DNA from: Felis catus
Lineage: Eukaryota
Assembly: GCF_018350175.1 (NCBI RefSeq)
Contig: NC_058368.1
Coordinates: forward strand, 185,630,001 to 185,694,000
Length of the DNA: 64,000 nucleotides
Reading direction: 5' to 3'
Below the pieces are notes generated by a model, which had not been told where the DNA came from, did no database searches, and saw only the letters and a program-made list of their open reading frames with translations. Shown one piece after another: positions 50,404 through 62,392 of the stretch. Position numbers and translations under genes: made by a program. Numbering within the stretch: position 1 is the stretch's first letter; each line of letters begins with the position of its first letter.

Positions 50404-50639
50404 AAAGAACACCTAGATCATCACAAGCAGCTTAAAAGTCACCCTAAGGATAATGCTCTCTTAATTTCTAACAGCATAAACTTTTTATATAAGTAGAAGC
50501 ATACAATATGCAGTCTACCTAATCTGGCATATTTCACTCAACCTTACACTTGTGAGATATTTCCATAATTTTGCATGTAATGAGGTTCACCCTTCGTCTT
50601 ATGGTATAATTTTTATTTTTTTTCTAATAATAATGGATA

Positions 50640-51091
50640 CAAGCATACTACATTATATTGCACTTTGCATTATTGCATTTCACAGGTAGTGAATTTTTGA
50701 CAAGTTGAAGGTGTATGGCAGTTCTGCGTCGAGCAAGCTTATCAATGCTTTCCAACAGCATTTCCTCACTTCATGTCTGTGTCACATTTTGGTAATTCTT
50801 GTGATATTTCAACGTTTTAGTATTACATTTGTTACAGTGATCTGTGATCGGTGATTTTGACTCTTTAAAAGCTCAGGTGATAGCATTTTTAATAGTAAAG
50901 TATTTTTTAATTAAGCTATGTACGTCATTTTTTAAGATATGCTATTGTTCACTTAATAGACTACAGTATTGTGTCAACATAACTTTGATATGCACTGGGA
51001 AACCAGAAACTTCATTTGACTCCTCTATTGTAATATTTGCTTTATTGCAGTATTCTGGAACAGAAGCTGCAATATCTCCGAGGTATGCCTA
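50640..51091 (+). mobile_element. Tigger1 internal-deletion derivative (non-autonomous Tc1/mariner-pogo element)
   Basis: TA|CAAGCATAC..CTGCGTCGAGCAAG..GTGTCACATTTTGGTAATTCT left end and GCAATATCTCCGAGGTATGCCT right terminal repeat; transposase absent. Confidence 0.9.
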
Positions 51092-53816
51092 TTTTGAAGT
51101 AGTTTCTAATTTTGGAAAAAAAGATATAGCTCTGTAAGCCATCTTGTGTATTTTTTGGAAAATATTTGTGCTGTTACATATCAAAGTAATGAAATTTTTG
51201 GGTCCAATTATTCCACATATTTGCTTTAGTAGATAGTGCTAAGCAGTTTTCAAAGTAGATTTACCAGTACCCACAGCAGAAGTGAGCGAGAACACTCATT
51301 GCTCCCCATCTTCACCAACACAGAATTTTTCCTTTAAATTTTTTTCTGTTTAGTTATTTTGGTGTGGATAATGCTATCTCACTGTGATTTTCTCATTTAA
51401 TTTTACTCAATTATCATTTTCTTGATAAATAATGAAATAATCTCTTTCAATCTTTGAATATCCTTTTTATGAACTGTTTGTCTTTGATTTATATAGCCCT
51501 TGGGTTATCTTTTTCTACTGATATTTAGAAGATCTGTATAAATATATTTTAAAAACAATTATAAACATCTTCTTCAACTACGTACCCACACTCTTTAAGT
51601 ATAAAATAAAGCATCTGTTCTCTTTATCTTCCAGATTCATTTTGAAGGAATAAAAAATATTTAATATTCAGTCAAAAATAATTTGACAAGGTATTATAAA
51701 ATAAGTATCAGATGATGATGTTACATAGAATTTCATTGCTGTTTTCTCAGAAATATTTATTGTTTAAAAGTCAAATATTTCATGTTTCCCCTCAATTGTT
51801 ATTTATCAATTAATATCTCAAATGCATAATAGAATCATCCATCTCTCAGAAATTTACTCCACATTTGAGCTGCCAATCACTACTAATAAGGCCAGCTACT
51901 TAATTGAACTTTAAGATTCTTCAGAACTAAAGCAATCATTCTTTGGTACATTATGGCGCAGTAGGTTATTGGACCAGTATATTTATAACACTTATTATCT
52001 TTTTGATTTTCAATATTTTACTTTAGAAAGATTACCTAGTGATTTTTTTTTTTCCTGTGCTGCAGTTTCCACTTTTGGTATTTTGTTTTCCTATTAATAT
52101 CAACCAGTGATGATCTCTCTATAGTCCCCTGCTACTTGCTTAAGAGTTTCAGTAGAAATCTATTCTTGAGTATTCTAAACAAATACATTAAGGGTTACTG
52201 TAATTATTTTATATATAAAAGCTCATATATAACATTATAGTGATTAAGGTCAGTAATGAATCCCTTTGTTTTATCTCATTATTAGCTGAGCACGAGTCCT
52301 TGTTCAACGTAAGTACCTCCAAGGAGTTCACTTCTTTGAATATGAGTCCTGCGTTGACAAGGCAACAGGGCTATGGTTGAGACACTTCTGTGAAGTTTGG
52401 AAGTCTGTGCTGTGAGTCTTTGCTTAGAGTCTTCTGATTCTATGACAGCAACATTTATATGTGGATCACATTTTTCATTTGCAAATAGCTTTTCTGAAAT
52501 TACCAAACCGAAGCTCAGTAAAATGTCACTTTCACCTCTGTGAAAACAGCAAAGTCATGTTTAGCCTGAGTCCAGGTAGACAATATACTGAGCTACTATT
52601 TTATGTCTTGTGCACTTTTATTGTTTTAAAATTTTTGAATGGCCAGACAATATGTTCAGTCTCATAGGTATTGGAAACAATTTTATCATATTTGTATGAG
52701 GATTATGTTGTATGTTTTTTTCTCAGATGAACATTCTTTTTTCTCAAAGTTTTTATTTAAATTTCAGTTAACATATAGTGTAATATTAGTTTCAAGTGTA
52801 AAAATAAAGTGATTCAGCCCTTCCGTACAACACCCAGCACTCACTACAACAAGCACTCTCCTTATTCCCCATCACCTAACTCACCCATCTCCCCACCTAC
52901 CTCCATTCTGGTAATCCTCAGTTTTGTTTCTTGGGTTGCCTCTCTCTTTTTTTTTCCTTTTGCTTGTTTATTGCTTAAATTGGTTAAATCATATATTTGA
53001 CTTCTGACTGACTTATTTTGCTTAGCCTAATACTCTCTAACTCCAACCATGTCATTGCAAATGTCATGTTTTCATTCTTTTTTATGGCTGTGTTATATTC
53101 TATTATATATAAATACCACATCTTCTTTATCCATTCATCAGTTGTTAGATATATGGTCTGCTTCCATAATTTTGCTTTTGTAGATAATGATGCCATACAC
53201 ATTGGGGTGCATGATGTATCCCTTGGAATTAGTATGTTTCTATTCTTTTGATAAATACCTAGTAATGCGCTTGCTGGATCATAGGGTAGTTCTATTTTTA
53301 ACTTTTTGAGGAAAATTTTAACAATTTTCCAAAGTGGTTGTAGCAGTTTGCATTCCTACAACAGTGCAAAGGCTTCCCCTTTCTCTATATCCCCAACAAC
53401 ACATTTCTTGTGTTGTTGATTTTAGCCATTCTGACAGGTGTGAGTTGATATCTCACTGTGATTTTGATTTACATTTCCCTGCTGATCAGTGATTTGAGCA
53501 TCATTTCATGTGTCTGTTGGCCATCTGTATGTATGCTCTGGAACAACGTCTATTCATGTATTCTCATTTTTTTTAATTTTTATCTTTTATTTTTTAAAAT
53601 TTACATCCAAATTAGTTAGCATATAGTGCAACAATGATTTCAGGAGTAGATTTCTTAATGCCCCTTACCCATTTAGCCCATGCCCCCTCCCACAACCCCT
53701 TCAGTAACCCTCAGTTCTCCATATTTATGAGTCTCTTCTGTTTTGTCCACCTCCCTGTTTTTATATTATTTTTGCTTCCCTTCCCTTATGTTCATCTGTT
53801 TTGTCTCTTAAAGTAC

Positions 53817-56800
53817 TCATATTAGTGAAGTCATACGATTTTTGTCTTTCTCTGACTAATTTCACTTAGCATAATACCCTCTAGTTCCATCCAGGTAGCT
53901 ACAAATGGCAAATTTGCAAATGCAAATTTCTTTCTTTTTGATTGCTGAGTAATACCCCAGTGTATATGTATACCGCATGTTCTTTATCCATTCATTCATC
54001 GATGGACATTTGGGCTCTTTCCATACTTTGGCTATTGTTGATAGTGCTGCTTTAAACATTTGGTTGCATGTGTCCCTTCGAAACAGCACACCTGTATCCC
54101 ATGGATAAATGCCTAGTAGTGCAATTGCTGGGTTGTAGGGTAGTTCTATTTTTAGTGTTTTGAGGAACCTCCATACTGTTTTCCAGAGTAGCTGCACAAG
54201 CTTGCAATCCCACCAATAATGCAAAAGCGATCCTCTTTCTCCGCATCCTCGCCAACATCTGTTGTTGCCTGAGTTGTTCATGTTACCATTCTGACAAGTG
54301 TAAGGTGGTACCTCATTGTAGTTTTGATTTGCGTTTCCTGATGATGACTGAAATTGAGCATTTTTTCCTGTGTTGGTTGGCCATCTGGATGTCTTCTTTG
54401 GATAAGTGTCTATTCATGTCTTTTGCCCATTTCTTCACTGGATTATGTGGTTTTTTTGGGGTGTTGAGTTTGATAAGTTCTTTATAGATTTTGGATACTA
54501 ACCTTTTATCTGATATGTTATTTGCAAATATCTTCTCCCACTCTGTCGGTTGCCTTTTAGTTTTGCTGATTGTTTCCTTTGCTGTGCAGAAGCTTTTTAT
54601 TTTGATGAGGCCCCAGTAGTTCATTTTTGCTTTTGTTTCCCTTGCCTCCAAAGACGTGTTGAGTAAGAAGTTGGTGCGGCCAAGATCAAAGAGGTTTTTG
54701 CCTGCTTTCTCCTCAAGGATTTTGATGGCTTCCTGTCTTACATTGCGGTCTTTCATCCATTTTGAGTTTATTTGTGTGTATGGTGTAAGAAAGTGATCCA
54801 GGTTCATTCTGCATGTCACTGTCCAGTTTTCCCAGCATTGCTTGCTGAAGAGACGGTCTTTATTCCATTGGATATTCTTTCCTGCTTTGTCAAAGATTAG
54901 TTGGCCATTCGTTTGTGGGTCCATTTCTGGGTTCTGTATTCTGTTCCATTGATCTGAGTGTCTGTTCTTGTGCCAGTACCATACTGTCTTGATGATTACA
55001 GCTTTGTAGTATAGCTTGAAGTCTGGGAGTGTGATGCCTCCTGATTTGGTATTCTTTTTCAAGATTGCTTTGGCTTTTTGGGGTCTTTTCTGGTTCCACA
55101 CAAATTTTAGGATTATTTGTTCTAGCTCTGTGAAGAATGCTGGTGTTATTTTGATAGGGATTGCACTGAATATGTAAATTGCTTTGGGTAGTATTGACAT
55201 TTTAAAAATATTTGTTCTTCCTATCCAGGAGCATGGAATGTTTTTCCATTTTTTGGTGTCTTCCTCAATTTCTTTCATAAGCTTTCTATAGTTTTCAGGG
55301 TATAGATGTTCACCTCCTTGGTTAGATTTATTCCTAGGTATTTTATGGTTTTTGGTGCAACTATAAATGGGATTGGTTCCTTGATTTCTCTTTCTGTCAC
55401 TTCATTGTTGTTGTACAAGAATGCAACTGATTTCTGTGTGTTGATTTTATATCCTGCAACTTTCCTGAATTCATGAATCGATTCTAACAGTTTTTTTGGT
55501 GGAATATTTTGGGTTTTCCATATAGAGTATCATATTATCTGCGAAGAGTGAAAGCTTAACCTCCTCCTGGCCAATTTGGATGCCTTTTATTTCTTTGTGT
55601 TGTCTGATTGCAGAGGCTAAGAATTCCAATACTATGTTGAATAACTGTGATGAGAGTGGACATCTCTGTCTTGTTCCTGACCTTAGGGGGAAAGCTCTCA
55701 GTTTTTCCCCATTGAGGATGATATTAGTGTTGGGTCATTCATATATGGCTTTATGATCTCAAGGTATGCTTCTTCTGTCCCTACTTTCTTGAGGGTTTTT
55801 ATGAAGAAACGATGCTGTATTTTGTCAAGTGCTTTCTCTGCATCTGTTGAGAGGATCATATGGTTCTTATCCTTTCTTTTATTGATGTGATGAATCACTT
55901 TGTTTTGTGGATATTGAACCAGCTCTGCATCCCAGGTATGAATCCCATTTGGTCGTGGTAAATAATTTTTTTAATGTATTGTTGGGTCCGGTTGGCTAAT
56001 ATCTTATTGAGGATTTTTGTATCCATGTTCATCAGGGAAATTGTTCTATAGTTCTCCTTTTTAGTGGGGTCTCTGTCTGGTTTTGGAATCAAGGTAATGC
56101 TGGCTTCATAGAAAGGGTTTGGAAGTTTTCCTTCCATTTCTATTTCTTGGAACAGTTTCAAGACAATAGGTGTTAACTCTTCCTTAAATATTTGGTGGAA
56201 TTCCCCTGGAAAGTCATCTAGCCCTGGACTCTTGTTTTTTGGTGGGTTTTTGATTACTAATTCGATTTCCTTACTGCTTATGGGTCTGTTCAAATTTTCT
56301 ATTTTTTCCTGTTTCAGTTTTGGCAATGTATATGTTTCTAGGAATTTGTCCATTTCTTCCAGATTACCAATTTCATTGGCATATAATTGCTCATAATATT
56401 CTCTTATTATCGTTTTTATTTCTGTTGTGTTCGTTGTGATCTCTCCTCTTTCATTCTTGATTTCATTTATCTGGGTCCTTTTTCTTTTTTATCAAACTGG
56501 GTAGTAGTTTATCAATTTTGTTCATTGTTTCAAAGAACCAGCTTCTGGTTTCATTGATCTGTTCTGTTTTTTTTGTTTTTTTGTTTTTGTTTTGGTTTTG
56601 GTTTTGGTTTGATAGCATTAATTTCTGCTCTAATCTTTATTATTTCCTGTGTTCTGTTGGTTTTGAGCTTTATTTGTTGTTCTTTTTCCAGCTCCTTAAG
56701 GCATAAGGTTAGGTTGTTTATCTGAGATCTTTCTTCCTTCTTTAGGAAAGCCTGAATTGCTATATACTTTCCTCTTATGACTTCCTTTCCAGCATCCCAG

Positions 56801-57642
56801 AGGTTTTGGGTTGTGGTGTTATCATTTTCATTGACTTCCATATACTTTTTAATTTCCTCTTTAACTGCTTGGTTGGCCCATTCATTATTTAGTACGATGT
56901 TCTTCAGTCTCCAAGTATTTGTTACCTTTCCAAATTTTTTCTTGTGGTTGATTTTGAGTTTCATAGCGTTGTTGTCTGAAAATATGCACAGTATGATCTC
57001 GCTCTTTTTGTACTTACTTAGGGCTGATATGGTCTATTCTGGAGAAAATTCCATGTGCACTGGAGAAGAATGTATATTCTGCTGCTTTAGGATGAAATGT
57101 TCTGAATATATCTGTTAAGTACACCTGGTCCAGTGTGTCATTCAAAACCATTGTTTCCTTGTTGATTTTTTGATTAGATGATCTGTGCATTGCTGTGAGT
57201 GGGGTGTTGAAGTCTCCTGCTATTATGGTATTACTTTCGATGAGTTTCTTTATGTTTGTGATTAATTGATTTATATATTTGGGTGCTCTCACATTTGGCA
57301 CATAAATGTTTACAATTGTTAGGTCTTTCTGGTGGATAGACCCCTTAATATGATATAATGCCATTCTGAATCTCTTGATACAGTCTTTATTTTAAAGTCT
57401 AGATTATCTGATGTAAGTATGGCTACTCTGGCTTTCTTTTGTTGACCATTAGCATGATAGATGGTTCTCCATCCCCTTATTTTCAATCTGAAGGTGTCTT
57501 TAGGTCTAAAGTGGGTCTCTTATAAACAGCATATAGATGGATCTTGTTTTCTTATCCATTGTGTTACCCTATGTCTTTTGATTGGAGCATTGAGTCCATT
57601 GATGTTTAGAGTGAGTACTGAAAGATATGAATTTATTGCCTT
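53817..57642 (-). pseudogene. L1 ORF2 (endonuclease / reverse transcriptase), disrupted
   Basis: N-terminus AINSYLSVLTLNINGLNAPIKRHRV..CCL*ETHF with AAG at the expected ATG; fragments [44 protein letters not shown]; longest open piece 321 aa (54313-55278). Confidence 0.93.
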
Positions 57643-57736
57643 TATGATGCTTGTAGAGCTGGAGTTTCTGGTAGTGTTCTCTGATCCTTTCTAAGCTTTG
57701 TTGCTTTTGGTATATATATTTTCATCTTTTCCCCCC

Positions 57737-58633
57737 TCAGAGAGTCCCCCTTAAAATTTCTTGCAGGGCTGGTTTAGTGGTCACAAACTCCTTTAATTTT
57801 TGTTTGTCTGGGAAACTTTATCTTTCCTTCTATTTTGAATGACAGCCTTGCTGGATAAAGAATTTTTGGCTGCATATTTTTCTGATTCAGCACACTGAAT
57901 ATATCCTGCCACTCCTTTCTGGCCTGCCAAATTTCTGTGAATAGGTCTGCTGTAAACCTGATCTGTCTTCCCTTGTAGGTTAGGGACTTTTTTTCCCCTT
58001 GCTGCTTTCATGATTCTCTCCTTGCCTGAGTATTTTGTGAATTTGACTACGATACGCCTTGTTAATGGTTGGTTTTTGTTGAATCTTATGGGGGTCCTCT
58101 GTGCTTTCTGAATTTTGATGTCTGTGTCTTTCCCCAGGTTAGGAAAGTTTTCCACTGTGAAAACTTTCTACTACTTTTTCTACTCCTTTTTCTCCTTCTA
58201 CTCCTTTTTCTCTCTCTTCCTCTTCTGGGACCCCTTTGATTCTGATGTTGTTCCTTTTTAATGAGTCACTGATTTCACTAATTCTTAAATCGTGCTCTTT
58301 TGCTTTAATCGCCCCCTTTTTTTCTGCTTCATTATTCTCTATAAGTTTTTCCTCTATATCACTGATTCGCTGTTTTTCCTCATCCATCCTTGCCACTGCT
58401 GCATCCATCCATGATTGCAGCTCAGTTATAGCATTTTTAATTTCATTCTGGATATTTTTTACTTCTCTTATCTCTGCAGAAAGGGATTCTAATCTTTTTT
58501 TGACTCCAGCTAGTATTCTTATTGTGATTCTAAATTCTGGTTCAGGCATCTTGCTTGTATCTGTGTTGGTTAAATCCCTGGCTGTCGTTTCTTCATGCTC
58601 TTCCTTTTGGGGTGAGTTCCTTCATTTTGTCAT
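57737..58633 (-). pseudogene. L1 ORF1 (RNA-binding/chaperone), disrupted
   Basis: MTK*RNSPQKEE.. (TGA at codon 4), coiled-coil piece 58139-58549, ENFPNLGK, C-terminus KPALQEILRGTL*; frameshifts. Confidence 0.92.
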
Positions 58634-58715
58634 TTTGAAGGGAGAAAAGGAATTAATGAGGAAGAAAAATAGAAATTAAAAAAATTAAAATAAAAAAATA
58701 TTAAAATAAAAAATT

Positions 58716-58717
<2 letters not shown>

Positions 58718-58754
<37 letters not shown>
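58718..58754 (+). repeat. (AC)n microsatellite in L1 5'UTR
   Basis: Direct observation. Confidence 0.95.
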
Positions 58755-58756
<2 letters not shown>

Positions 58757-60704
58757 TAGAATAGATGATGCTAGATCCTAGATGTGTTTTGGTCTGGGTG
58801 TTGAAAGTGGTTTGACAGAGAAAAAAAGGGGGGGGAGAAGGAAATCGTTTGAGAATTTGAAAAAAAATGAATACATTGAAGTAGACTAAAATGAGATTAT
58901 GGGGGGAAAATAGAATTTAAAAAAAATACACAAAAGTAAAGAATATAGTAGAAAAAAATTAAAGATATTTTTAATAAAAATTAAAAATAAATATGATTTT
59001 TTTCTTTTTCTGTATTCAAGAAAAGAAAAGAAATGAAAAAGATAAAAAGATTAAAAAAGAAATCTTTTGAAAATTTGAAACAGTGAATATACTGTAGTAG
59101 ACTAAAATAAAATGGAGTAAAATAGAATTTGAAAAAAATTTACATAAAAGCAAAAAAATATAGTAAAAAAACTAAATGAAAATATTTTAATAGAAATTGA
59201 AAGTAGAAATGAAGTTTTTCTCTTTCTGCATTCAAAAAAAAAGAAATGGAAAAGAGAAAAAAAAGAAAAAGAAAGAAAAAAAGGAAATTATTTGAAAATT
59301 TGAAAAGATGAATACACTGAAGTAGACTAAAATAAAATGATGGAAATAAAATAGAATTTAAAAAAAATTACACAAAATTAAAAAAATTTGTAATAAAAAT
59401 TAAAGAAAAAAAAGAAAGGAAATTGAATAGATGGACCTGCTAACAGATTGAAGTAGGGACTGAAATTACTTTGTTTTCCCCTGGAAGTCAGTCTGCGTAG
59501 AACTTTATAGCCCATAAACCAAGCCAGCCTTGAGACTTGTGGTTTGAAGAGGGAGGTTGGCCCAGTTAGGTGGGGCTCAGTGTAACAGCTCCACTGTCCA
59601 CTAGATGGCACTGCTGCTAGCCTACTGGGATGGATTGTTGTGGCACTAGTAGGTGCGTATGCACATGCGTGGGAGCGGTGAGAATGGCGCCACCCAGCTA
59701 CCCAGTCTGTTCTCCCTGATCAGCAATCGTGCACCTGTCCTCTGTCTTCAGCTTTCGCCCACTCCCCACTTCTTCACTGTCCATGACCAGGCCCCAGGCA
59801 GTACCTCTCTCCTGAGTTTTGTCTCAGATGCGGCTGTTTTCCCTGGCCCTTTACTTCTGAAGGGCTGCGGCTTTGACCCGTTCTGCCCCTCTGTGGGAGG
59901 GTCTCACCACGCAATAGCCAAATGAGCAATGGCCAAATGTCAGGTGCACCCAGGAACGCTTTCTGGACCCTGCTGCTGGCGGTGTCCTGAGACTGCGGCC
60001 AGGTGCCAGCCCGCCCCAGAAAAAGTTCGTGAGATAGTGTAAAGCAGCATTTCAGGGATTATGGAAAATCACAACACACATCTGGCACCAGGCTTCGCCC
60101 TTAATGACCTTGTTCCAGCACCAGCAAATGTAGTCATTTTCTGGGGTCTGCTGGGACCAGGTGGCTTCAACAGTCTCTACCAAATGTTCTTCCAGCAGTG
60201 GAGCCACTTTTCCTCATGTGGCCTGAGAACCTCCTGGACCCCACTCTGTTCCTGGGGATTCGCCCTTCCCACCAAAGCACCACCAGTTATGGAGCTGCAG
60301 AGTTGCAGACTTTGCCTTCCCCTTGTTTATAGTTTTAATGGAACTTAAACCCTGTCTCCTTTCTCCTTTCTCCTTTTTCCCTTTTAGTTTAGTCCCTGTG
60401 GCTGTTTCCAATTTTCCACTTTCTCTCCAGCTGCCTTTGGGGAGGGGTGCTTTTCCTGTATAACCCCCCCCCCCCCGTGTCTGTTCTCTCTCCTCCCGCA
60501 AAAGCAGTTCCCTACCCTCCATGGCTTCTCAATCCCCAAATTCACCTCTCCTCCACGCCGTGCACCTGCTGAATTCTGTGGTTCAGGTTGTGCAGATTGT
60601 TGTGTTAATCCTCCAATTAGTTTTCTAGGTGTGTAGGATGGTTTAGTGTTGGTCTGGCTCTATTTCATGGATGCAAGACACACAAAAAACTTCCATGCTC
60701 TTCT

Positions 60705-60714
60705 GCCATCTTGG
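60705..60714 (-). promoter_or_regulatory. YY1 site of the L1 internal promoter
   Basis: CCAAGATGGC within the first 20 nt of the L1, the conserved position in mammalian L1s. Confidence 0.8.
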
Positions 60715-62190
60715 CTCCTCCATATTCTCATTTTTAATTGGATTATTCATTTGTTCAGTGTTGAGTTGTATTAAGTTCTTTATAGATTTTTGGATACTAA
60801 CCCTTTATTTGCTATGTCGTTTGCAAATGTCTTCCCCCATTCCATAGATTGCCTTTAATTTTATTGATTATTTCCTTTGCTGTACAGGAGCTTTTAATAC
60901 TGATAAAGTCCCAATAGTTCATTTTTTCTTTTGTTTCCTTTGCCTCAGGAGACATGTCTGGAAGTAAATTGCCATGGCCAATGTCAGAGAGTTACTGCCT
61001 GTATTCTCTTCTAGGATTATTACATTTTCAGATCTGACATTTAGGTCTTTAATCAATTTTGGACTTATTTTTGTGTATGATGTAAGAAATTGTCCCAGTT
61101 TCATTCTCTTGCATGTTGCTGTCCCATTTTCCCAACACCCTTTGAGACTGTCAAGAGATTGTCTTTTTCTCATTAGATATTGTTTCCTGCTTTATCAAAG
61201 ATGAATTGACCATATAGTTGTAGACTCATTTCTGGGTTTTATATTCTTTTCCGTTGATCTATGTGCTGATTTTTGTGCCTGTACCATATTCATTTGATCA
61301 CTGCAGCTTTGTAATATAACTTGACGTCTGGAATTGTGATGCCTCCAACTTTGCTTTTCTTTTTCAAGGTTGCTTTGGCTATTTTGGTGTCTTTTATGGT
61401 TCCATACAAAGTTTAGGATTGTTTGTTATAGCTATGTGAAAATGCTGGTGGTAGTTTGATAGGGTTTACATTAAATGTGTAGATTTCTTTGGGTAGTACA
61501 GGCATTCCAATTCATGAACATGGAATGTTTTTCCATTATTTTTTGTGTGTCATCTTCAATTTCTTTCATTAGTATTCTATAGTCTTCAGAGTACAGCTCT
61601 TTCACTTTGTTTAGGTTCATTTCTGGGTATCTCAAGGTTTTGAGTGCATTTGTAAATGGGACTGATTCCTTGATTTCTCTTTCTGCTGCATCATTATTGT
61701 TGTATAGAAATGCAACTGATTTCTGTACATTGAGTTTGTATTATGCAAGCATACTGAATTCATTAATCAGTGCTAGCAGTTTTTTGGTGGAATATTTCTG
61801 GTTTTATATAGAGAGTATCATGTCATCAGATGAGCATTCTTAGCAGTGAAGTAAAAACTTGGGAGACTAAAGATATTTTTCTTTGTTTTTAAAGAAACAC
61901 ATTTTTCTTAAATAATATATATAATGTTTACAGAATATTTAAGAAAAAGAAGAAAAAACCTAAGAAGCAATGCAAATCATTTATGATCCCAAATCTAGCA
62001 ATAACCACTAATAACACTTGATACATATTTTCCTTCATTTTTCTGTGTATCCACATTTATATAGAGACAAACACATGGGTGAACACATGCATACATAAAC
62101 ACTCAAGGGTTTTAAGAAAATTTGTAGTGAGTTAACAAATTTAACAGTTATAACTACTTTAAAAGAGTATGGAAAATTTTACCACTATGT

Positions 62191-62392
62191 CCAATGTTAT
62201 GGAGTTGTTTTATACTAGCTCTAGAGAGTCTATTGTTTGCATTTTTTCCCATCCCTGAATTTAGTGATACCATGTTGATAGATTTAAATCATTCATGGTG
62301 GGAGAGTTTATGTCAGAAAAATGGACCTATGCTACAAATTTCAACATTTTTTTCAGAGAGCTGGTTATTAAATGTTTACCAGCACACCATAG
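62191..62392 (+). mobile_element. MER63A-like hAT-Blackjack MITE
   Basis: CATGGTGGGAG..ATGCTACAAAT..GAGAGCTGGTTATTAAATGTTTACCAGCACACCA right terminus. Confidence 0.8.

Larger units (their letters stand above)
50070..51560 (-). mobile_element. Ancient L1ME 3' remnant hosting the SINE and Tigger insertions
   Basis: TTTCACTCAACCTTACACTTGTGAGAT.. and TAGTAGATAGTGCTAAGCAGTTTTCAAAGTAG..CCCCATCTTCACCAACAC antisense L1 3' motifs. Confidence 0.6.
53572..60721 (-). mobile_element. Full-length felid LINE-1 (~7.15 kb), inactivated
   Basis: 5' end GGAGGAGCCAAGATGGC, GC-rich 5'UTR, ORF1, ORF2, 3'UTR and A-tail; 13-bp TSD TATTCTCATTTTT at 53559-53571 and 60723-60735 with TT/AAAAA endonuclease site on the minus strand. 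Confidence 0.96.
52739..61825 (-). mobile_element. Older 5'-truncated carnivore L1 (~1.9 kb, segments 52739-53571 and 60736-61825) hosting a full-length L1
   Basis: 3'UTR and tail at left, ORF2 continues at right; 16-bp TSD TCAGATGAACATTCTT (52723-52738) / TCAGATGAGCATTCTT (61826-61841). Confidence 0.92.

Noticed and set aside
51635..51690. Strong acceptor (CTCTTTATCTTCCAG) plus AAG|GTATTA, 56-nt pseudo-exon
   Set aside because: Stop codons in all three frames; cannot be supported without transcript data
54313..55278. Longest ORF (321 aa) as a host gene or an active L1 ORF2
   Set aside because: It is an internal piece of L1 ORF2; the start codon is lost and upstream EN/RT parts have stops and frameshifts
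58845..59420. Repeat-spacer pattern as a CRISPR-like array
   Set aside because: Whole units are homologous and diverged, lie within an L1 5'UTR, and the genome is mammalian
59600..60600. GC-rich region as a host-gene CpG-island promoter
   Set aside because: It is the L1 5'UTR, bounded by the L1 5' end and TSD
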